Part shown: piece after piece, positions 26,145 to 32,000 of the stretch
Layout: every line of letters begins with the position of its first letter
Position numbering within the stretch: the stretch's first letter is position 1
Assembly: GCA_946499505.1 (NCBI GenBank)
Contig: CAMMSL010000011.1
Location: 1-32,000, forward strand
Direction: 5' to 3'
Source: an uncultured Lachnoclostridium sp.
Lineage (GTDB): Bacteria; Bacillota; Clostridia; Lachnospirales; Lachnospiraceae
DNA: 32,000 bases
Program-made: the position numbers and the translations under genes
Notes under the pieces: generated by a model
The model's database searches: none
Told to the model about the DNA's origin: nothing
What the model saw: the letters and a program-made list of their open reading frames with translations, nothing else

Positions 26145-27111
26145 AGATAATTATATGGAAACAGCTTATAATAAACCGTTTATTAAAAACAGAGCAGATC
26201 CACAGATTTATAAAAGTGATACAGGAATCTACTATTTTACAGGTTCTGTTCCCGAATATGACAGAATTATTCTCCGAATGGGAAAAACACTTTCGGTTCT
26301 TGCTGATGCTAAAGAACGTATTATATGGCGTAAACATGAAACAGGAGATCAAAGCATTCATATATGGGCTCCTGAACTGCATAAGCTGTGGGGAAAATGG
26401 TATATCTATTATGCAGCAGGAGATAAAGATGATATATGGAATATCCGACCATATGTATTAGAGTGTACTGGTGATGACCCTTATATGGATGAATGGCGAG
26501 AAGTTGGACGTATGCAGGCAGCTAAAAATGACGAATTCTCTTTTAAGGCTTTCTCACTCGATGCAACAGTCATGCAGTACAACAGAGATTATTACTATAT
26601 TTGGGCCGAAAAAACAGGAGTTGGAAAAATGATCTCCAACCTCTATATTGCTAAAATGGAAACACCAAATAAACTTGCTACAGATCAGGTGCTGCTTTCT
26701 ACACCTGACTATCCATGGGAAAGACACGGATTTTGGGTAAATGAGGGACCAGCTGTTTTAAAGAAAGATGATAAAATTTTTCTGACTTATTCCGCGAGTG
26801 ACACAAGTCAGGCCTACTGTATGGGAATGCTTTCTTTAAAAGAAGGAGCAGATATTCTGGATCCTCAGAATTGGAAAAAAGAACGGACACCTGTTCTTCA
26901 GACAGATCAGTCCGCAGGAATTTTCGGACCCGGACATAACTCTTTTGTAAAGTCGGATGATAACAAGACTGATTTATGTGTATTTCATGGAAGAATGTAT
27001 GATGAGATTAAAGGAGATCCATTATATGATCCAAATAGACATACTATGATTTTGAAAATAAAATGGGATAATAATATACCGGTTTTTGATTTTAGAAATA
27101 TGCTTAAATAA
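26137..27111 (+). CDS. GH43 glycoside hydrolase (arabinofuranosidase/arabinanase type)
   Basis: RADPQIYKSDTGIYYFTGSVPEYDRIILR, IWAPELHKLWGKWYIYYAA and WVNEGPAVLKKDDKIFLTYSAS are five-bladed-propeller GH43 motifs. It overlaps the GH51 gene by 8 nt. Confidence 0.85.
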   Translation: MNKDNYMETAYNKPFIKNRADPQIYKSDTGIYYFTGSVPEYDRIILRMGKTLSVLADAKERIIWRKHETGDQSIHIWAPELHKLWGKWYIYYAAGDKDDIWNIRPYVLECTGDDPYMDEWREVGRMQAAKNDEFSFKAFSLDATVMQYNRDYYYIWAEKTGVGKMISNLYIAKMETPNKLATDQVLLSTPDYPWERHGFWVNEGPAVLKKDDKIFLTYSASDTSQAYCMGMLSLKEGADILDPQNWKKERTPVLQTDQSAGIFGPGHNSFVKSDDNKTDLCVFHGRMYDEIKGDPLYDPNRHTMILKIKWDNNIPVFDFRNMLK

Positions 27112-27404
27112 AGCATTCGCAACGCTTCTTGAAGGAATCTTTGTATCCTGTATAGATCATCATAATTCCTTATATAAACTATAATATTTATGATATTGGT
27201 CTGGACAATGTATTCTATATACTTCAGTGAAGTATGCTAGGTGGAGCAACAAAAGAAGAAATCGTGTTTATCAGTATCAGGTTTATAGATTCGGTTCAAA
27301 TTGCAGATGCGGATATGCATCAAACACTTTGGAATCTCCCACACAAGAGTATCGAAAGACATCTCAGGGTGTATGATTTTTTATTTATATTACTATTTGA
27401 ATAG

Positions 27405-27437
27405 GTGAAAGCTTTGAGTTAAGCTTTCATCTTTTTT
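27405..27437 (+). terminator. Rho-independent terminator
   Basis: tgaaagctt (27406-27414) pairs with aagctttca (27421-27429) across a 6-nt loop, then C+TTTTTT (27431-27437). Confidence 0.75.
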
Positions 27438-27540
27438 AATTCCTATACATTGTTATTTAAAAATACCTTAAGAATCTTTACAGGACATATTAAAAAACAT
27501 CAATCATAATGAACCCATCTTAAAAAGACGAGGTGAAAAT

Positions 27541-29094
27541 ATGATTAAACCAGATCAGTGCAGACAGAAAACAAACATTCTTGACTATCTGGAGCAGACA
27601 GCAGAGTGTTACAGATACAGTACAGCGGTTACAGGCGTTGACGGCGAGTTCACGTGGTATGAGTTTACCGCGATGGCGAGAAAGATCGGCAGCGGTATCA
27701 GCAGGAGAGTATCTCCGGGCAGTCCGGTTCCTGTGATGATGGAGAAGAGCCAGCTCATGCTTGCGGCTATGCTCGGAGCAGTATATGCAGGCTGCTTTTA
27801 TGTTCCGGTGAATCCGGACAACCCACCGGAGAGGCTGAAGAAGATTTTCCGGACGCTGCAGCCGGAGATCATTATAGCGGACCGTAATATACAGGAATTC
27901 CTTACGATGGAAAGTATCTGTGCCGGATTCGATAAAGAAGAGTACAGCATAATTTCAGCGGAAGAGCTCGTGAAGGAGGATGCGGATCCGGAGCGCCTTG
28001 CAGCGATCCGGAATGCATCGAGAGAGACAGATATCCTGTATGGTATTTTTACATCCGGCTCTACCGGGACGCCGAAGGCGGTCGCGGTAAGCCACGGGGC
28101 AGTTATCCGTTTTATCGGACATTTTACGAAGATATTCGGCATAAGTCACGAAGACGTGATCGGCAACCAGGCGCCCTTTGACTTTGATGTATCGGTAAAG
28201 GATATCTACTCATCCCTGATGACAGGCGCGGGGCTGGTGCTGATACCGAAAGAATATTTCTCTACGCCGCCGAGGCTTCTGGACTTCCTGTGTGAGAAAA
28301 ATGTTACGACGCTGACGTGGGCGGTATCGGCACTGACACTTGTCTCATCTCTGAAAGGATTGAGATACCGCATTCCGGAGAAGGTGAATAAGATCATGTT
28401 CAGCGGTGAGGCAATGCCGCCCAGGCAGCTGAGGATCTGGCAGGAAGCTCTGCCGGACGCCCGTTTTGTCAACTTGTACGGCCCCACGGAGATTACGTGC
28501 AACTGTACGTATTATCCGGTTGTCCGAATGTACGAGGACAGGGAGAAGATACCGGTGGGAAATGCATTTCCGGGCAGGACAGTATTCCTTCTTGATGAAG
28601 ATGATATTGAGATTGCTGAGCCGGGAAGACAAGGTGAGATCTGCGTGGCGGGAGAATCTCTTGCTCAGGGATATTATAGGAATGAGGAACAGACGAAGAA
28701 GCAGTTTGTCATGTATCCGGTCGGCGGCGGTGAACCTCAGAGAATATACAGAACCGGGGATATGGGATATTACGATGAAAAAGGCAGGATCATATTTGCC
28801 GGGAGAAAGGATTTCCAGATCAAGCACATGGGACACCGGATCGAACTGGAGGAGATCGAGAGCGCCATGAACGCCGTGGAAAATGTACAGCGAAGCTGCT
28901 GTGTATTTCAGGAGGAGAAAAACCGGATCGCAGGCTTCTATATGGGAGAGGCGGAGCCGTCGGAGGTACGGAGAAAGCTGAAAGAGAAGCTGCCTGTGTA
29001 TATGGTTCCGCCAAAGCTGATACGGATGCAGGTTATGCCTCTGAATAAAAACGGAAAGACGGACAGGGCATATCTGAAGAGATGGAAAGAGTAA
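27541..29094 (+). CDS. DltA-like stand-alone amino-acid adenylating enzyme (carrier-protein ligase)
   Basis: The adenylation core motifs are FTSGSTGTPKAV (A3), NLYGPTE (A5), YRTGD (A7), GRKDFQIKHMGHRIELEEIE (A8) and PLNKNGKTDR (A10). The DltA-like APFDFDVSVKDIY includes the Asp that binds a substrate amino group. Confidence 0.88.
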   Translation: MIKPDQCRQKTNILDYLEQTAECYRYSTAVTGVDGEFTWYEFTAMARKIGSGISRRVSPGSPVPVMMEKSQLMLAAMLGAVYAGCFYVPVNPDNPPERLKKIFRTLQPEIIIADRNIQEFLTMESICAGFDKEEYSIISAEELVKEDADPERLAAIRNASRETDILYGIFTSGSTGTPKAVAVSHGAVIRFIGHFTKIFGISHEDVIGNQAPFDFDVSVKDIYSSLMTGAGLVLIPKEYFSTPPRLLDFLCEKNVTTLTWAVSALTLVSSLKGLRYRIPEKVNKIMFSGEAMPPRQLRIWQEALPDARFVNLYGPTEITCNCTYYPVVRMYEDREKIPVGNAFPGRTVFLLDEDDIEIAEPGRQGEICVAGESLAQGYYRNEEQTKKQFVMYPVGGGEPQRIYRTGDMGYYDEKGRIIFAGRKDFQIKHMGHRIELEEIESAMNAVENVQRSCCVFQEEKNRIAGFYMGEAEPSEVRRKLKEKLPVYMVPPKLIRMQVMPLNKNGKTDRAYLKRWKE

Positions 29095-29130
29095 AAATGA
29101 ATTGTTCATACAGATGAAAAGGAGAAATTT

Positions 29131-30345
29131 ATGCAGAGAGAACAACTGGAATACGCGGCGGCACGTTACGGAACCCCGCTCTATATATTTGATCTGGATA
29201 TGCTGAAGAGACAGGCGGACAGACTGAAAGAGGCGCTCAGGAAAGAGGCAGGGCTGTGCTATGCCATGAAGGCAAACCCGTTCCTGACAAAAGAAATGGC
29301 GGAGCAGACGGACCGAATCGAAGTATGCTCAATGGGAGAGTTTGAGATATGCAGGCGGCTGGAAATTCCGCCGGAGAAGCTCTTCATATCGGGAGTGCTC
29401 AAGAAAAAAGAAGATATATACAATATACTGAATACATATGGAGATAAATGCATATATACAGTGGAGTCTGTAAAGCAGCTTCATTATTTCCTTGAGTGGA
29501 GCGACGCCCATATGAAGAAACTCAGGCTTTATCCAAGACTGACCAACGGCAGTCAGTTCGGTATGGACGAGGACACAATGCGCAGTGTGTTCGGAATCGT
29601 AAATATGTGTCCGTATCTGGAAATTGAAGGTATTCATTATTTCTCGGGAACACAGAAACGTCATCTGAGACAGTTCCGACAGGAGCTTGAAATGCTGGAC
29701 AGCTTTCTCCTGAAAATGAGAGACGAGTGGAAAGTGCGGATCACGCATCTGGAATACGGTCCGGGTACCGCGGTGCCGTATTTTCGTGGAAAAGAAGCGC
29801 AGACATACACAGATGAAGGACTGGAGGCCTTAAGAGAAGCAATCCGGTCCATGCAGTGGAAAGGCAATGTGACAATAGAGCTGGGAAGGGCATTTGCAGC
29901 GGAATGCGGATATTATCTCACAGAGGTCAAAGATGTGAAGAAAAACGGCGATACGAACTACTGTATTGTAGACGGCGGTAATCATCAGCTCAATTATGAC
30001 GGACAGATCAAAGGCATGTATCAGCCGGGGATACAGCTCATACCGGGAGAGCAGGCAGGGCACAAGAAGCCATGGACCGTATGTGGAACGCTTTGTACGA
30101 TGAATGATGTGCTATGCAGTAATGTAGAACTGTCAAATGTCCGGACCGGAAAAGTGCTTGTATTTGAGCGTACCGGCGCATATTCTGCGATGGAAGGAAT
30201 GGCTCTTTTCCTGAGCCATGCGCTGCCCGCTGTCGTGTCATACAGTAAGAATGCGGGATGGACTGTGCTGAGAGAGCATCATCCTACTTATCAGTGGAAT
30301 ATGCCGGGTGATGATCTCAATAAACAGATATATAAAGTAATTTAA
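29131..30345 (+). CDS. Fold-type-III PLP-dependent decarboxylase (Orn/DAP/Arg decarboxylase family 2, LysA/BtrK-like)
   Basis: GTPLYIFD, the PLP-lysine motif YAMKANP, IHYFSGTQ, ELGRAF, a CG…C region (VCGTLCTMNDVL) and TGAYSAMEG are collinear with DAP-decarboxylase-type enzymes. Confidence 0.8.
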   Translation: MQREQLEYAAARYGTPLYIFDLDMLKRQADRLKEALRKEAGLCYAMKANPFLTKEMAEQTDRIEVCSMGEFEICRRLEIPPEKLFISGVLKKKEDIYNILNTYGDKCIYTVESVKQLHYFLEWSDAHMKKLRLYPRLTNGSQFGMDEDTMRSVFGIVNMCPYLEIEGIHYFSGTQKRHLRQFRQELEMLDSFLLKMRDEWKVRITHLEYGPGTAVPYFRGKEAQTYTDEGLEALREAIRSMQWKGNVTIELGRAFAAECGYYLTEVKDVKKNGDTNYCIVDGGNHQLNYDGQIKGMYQPGIQLIPGEQAGHKKPWTVCGTLCTMNDVLCSNVELSNVRTGKVLVFERTGAYSAMEGMALFLSHALPAVVSYSKNAGWTVLREHHPTYQWNMPGDDLNKQIYKVI

Positions 30346-30382
30346 ATTTGCTTACAGAATCAAGAGAAGGAGAAATATTACA

Positions 30383-30610
30383 ATGGAAAAATTAATGGAA
30401 ATCTTAATGGAAATCGACGACAGCATTGACTATGAAAAGGAGAAAGCCCTGATCGATGACAGGCTTCTGGATTCTTTCGGTGTGATCACACTCGTATCCG
30501 AACTGGAGGACGCGTTTGACATTGACATTGAAGCATCTGAGATGACGCCGGATAATTTTAATTCCGCAGAATCAATCTATAACATGGTGAAAAGACTTCA
30601 GGAGAACTAG
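30383..30610 (+). CDS. DltC-like aminoacyl carrier protein (75 aa)
   Basis: The phosphopantetheine attachment context is LLDSFGVITLVSELEDAFDIDI. It has DltC-like size and a strong RBS (GGAGAA). Confidence 0.85.
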   Translation: MEKLMEILMEIDDSIDYEKEKALIDDRLLDSFGVITLVSELEDAFDIDIEASEMTPDNFNSAESIYNMVKRLQEN

Positions 30611-30613
30611 CAT

Positions 30614-32000
30614 ATGGCATATCAATCATTGGTATACGGGTTTGTATTTCTTCCGCTGTGTCTGCTGGTATACCAGATCGCGCCGCAGAAATGGCGCAGG
30701 AGAGTGCTGCTAGCGTTCAGCTATCTGTTTTTCTGGCTTCTCAGCGGAAAACTGATCGTATATCTGCTCGGGACAACTGTGTTCGTACACTGTATCGGTA
30801 TCTGGCTGGAGTGGCTCAGATCAGAACAGAAGACAGCTCTTGCATCTGCGGAAAGATGCGAAAAGAAGAGGATAAAGGGAATATATCAGAAGAAATCCAG
30901 AAGGGTGCTGGCATTCGGCGTACTCCTGCTCATTGGAATTCTTGCATATCTGAAATATTACAATTTCTTTGCGGGCAATCTGAACGGGATCTTCGGGAGC
31001 GCGCTGCCGTTTACTCTGGAAGAAAAAAATATCCTCATGCCGGTGGGAATCTCGTTTTATACGCTGCAGGCTATCGGCTATCTGGCAGACGTGTACTGGG
31101 GAAAGATCCGTGCAGAGGAAAAACTGGAGAATACGGCCCTGTTCCTCGCATTTTTCCCTCAGATCATGGAGGGGCCGATCTGCCGCTATTCGGATACAGC
31201 AGGTACACTTTACAGCGGAAAATCTCTGGAGATCGACAATCTGACAGAAGGATATATCCGGATATTCTGGGGACTGTTTAAGAAAAAGGTGATCGCGGAC
31301 AGGCTGGCCATCGGCGTGGATGCAATATTCGGGAACTATACGTCATACAGCGGAGCTATGACTGTATTTGCCGCTGCGGCATATACTGTGCAGCTCTACA
31401 TGGAATTTTCGGGATGCATGGACATTATTATCGGAAGCGGACAGCTCTTCGGAGTAAAACTCCCGGAAAACTTCCGGCAGCCGTTTGCGGCTCAGAGTGC
31501 GGCGGAGTTCTGGCGAAGATGGCATATTACGCTGGGAACATGGTTTAAGACATACATTTTCTATCCGGTTTCCATGTCCGGGCCGGTGAAAAAGTGGAAT
31601 CAGTACGGAAGGAAACATTTTGGAAAATATATTACTATGCTCGGGACGTCCGCTATGGCTCTTTTTCCCGTATGGCTATGCAACGGACTGTGGCACGGGG
31701 CGAGATGGAGTTATATCTTCTACGGGATGTATTATTTTACACTGATCCTTTTGGGGATTGCAGCGGAACCTTTGCGTGACCGGGTGCTGGAGCTTTTGCA
31801 TATCGGAGAAAAGTCCGCAGGGCTTAAGGTTGTGAGAATCGCAAAGACATGGCTTATCATATTTACCGGAGAACTGTTCTTCCGGGCGGACGGACTGCGT
31901 GCGGGAATCTATATGTTCCGCAGTATATTCCGGAATTTTGACCTTAACAGCCTTTTTGACGGAAGATTGCTGGAACTCGGGATGAGCAGGGCAGATCTGA
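30614..32000 (+). CDS. MBOAT-family membrane O-acyltransferase (DltB/AlgI-like), 3'-incomplete at the window end
   Basis: My own translation from the ATG at 30614 (8 nt after AGGAGA) has no stop to nt 32000. It reads MAYQSLVYGFVFLPLCLLVYQIAPQKWRRRVLLAFSYLFFW… and MPVGISFYTLQAIGYLADVYWGK… It continues FFPQIMEGPI…SAAEFWRRWHITLGTWFKTYIFYP (catalytic His)…NGLWHGA. It is absent from the ORF track because it is open-ended. Confidence 0.88.
   Translation, partial: MAYQSLVYGFVFLPLCLLVYQIAPQKWRRRVLLAFSYLFFWLLSGKLIVYLLGTTVFVHCIGIWLEWLRSEQKTALASAERCEKKRIKGIYQKKSRRVLAFGVLLLIGILAYLKYYNFFAGNLNGIFGSALPFTLEEKNILMPVGISFYTLQAIGYLADVYWGKIRAEEKLENTALFLAFFPQIMEGPICRYSDTAGTLYSGKSLEIDNLTEGYIRIFWGLFKKKVIADRLAIGVDAIFGNYTSYSGAMTVFAAAAYTVQLYMEFSGCMDIIIGSGQLFGVKLPENFRQPFAAQSAAEFWRRWHITLGTWFKTYIFYPVSMSGPVKKWNQYGRKHFGKYITMLGTSAMALFPVWLCNGLWHGARWSYIFYGMYYFTLILLGIAAEPLRDRVLELLHIGEKSAGLKVVRIAKTWLIIFTGELFFRADGLRAGIYMFRSIFRNFDLNSLFDGRLLELGMSRADL

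Noticed and set aside
27234-27404. 56-aa ORF (MLGGATKEEIVFISIRFIDSVQIADADMH…) ending at the 27405-27437 terminator
   Set aside because: It has no RBS and no recognisable domain. It may be a gene fragment, but the evidence is insufficient.
28345-29145. 266-aa minus-strand ORF, plus other antisense ORFs between 27798 and 30241
   Set aside because: They are shadow ORFs opposite the well-supported adenylation-enzyme and decarboxylase genes in GC-richer DNA. They have no RBS or recognisable motifs.
30658-31779. ORF-track entries 30658-31281 (+), 31343-31618 (-) and 31594-31779 (+)
   Set aside because: They are out-of-frame or antisense artefacts inside the MBOAT gene. That gene reads without a stop from 30614 to the window end in another frame and carries clear MBOAT motifs. 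Their translations are Arg/Gly/Ser-rich nonsense.

Overview
The window looks like a mosaic accessory region of a low-to-mid GC Firmicutes (Clostridia-like) chromosome. All calls rest on manual motif reading of the supplied translations; no searches were run. By eye, composition changes in blocks. (1) 1-6.6 kb is AT-rich. It holds a 5'-truncated DUF3883/sacsin-like gene next to a phosphite-oxidation locus: a divergent LysR regulator plus a phnCDE-type ABC importer and a PtxD-like NAD-dependent phosphite dehydrogenase. (2) 6.6-9.2 kb is an IS graveyard. An orphan perfect consensus promoter precedes an IS110-family transposase 3' fragment. An apparently intact IS256-family element cuts that fragment and also truncates an XRE regulator gene. 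(3) 9.0-18.0 kb is a decayed integrative mobilizable element. It carries a translationally coupled mobC-relaxase-DUF1599-thyX-like-dut operon, a candidate oriT, an excisionase-like HTH gene, a four-fold tandem HTH protein and a tyrosine integrase. After the integrase comes an unrecognised two-gene cassette (DUF4869-like protein plus a 152-aa P-loop protein), then gene remnants. The element ends at a 3' half of tRNA-Arg(CCU), the likely attR. (4) 18.1-19.45 kb has no convincing gene. (5) 19.5-27.1 kb is an ordinary arabino-oligosaccharide locus: an OmpR/HK two-component system, a sugar ABC importer, a GH51 arabinofuranosidase and a GH43 enzyme. (6) 27.5-32.0 kb is GC-richer. It holds a Dlt-like pathway: a DltA-like adenylating enzyme, a DltC-like carrier and a DltB/MBOAT gene that is open at the window end and missing from the ORF track. 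A fold-type-III PLP decarboxylase sits between the ligase and the carrier. The best candidates for something undescribed are the int-proximal two-gene ATPase cassette, the decarboxylase-containing Dlt-like cluster, and the relaxase-coupled nucleotide-metabolism trio with a divergent ThyX motif.
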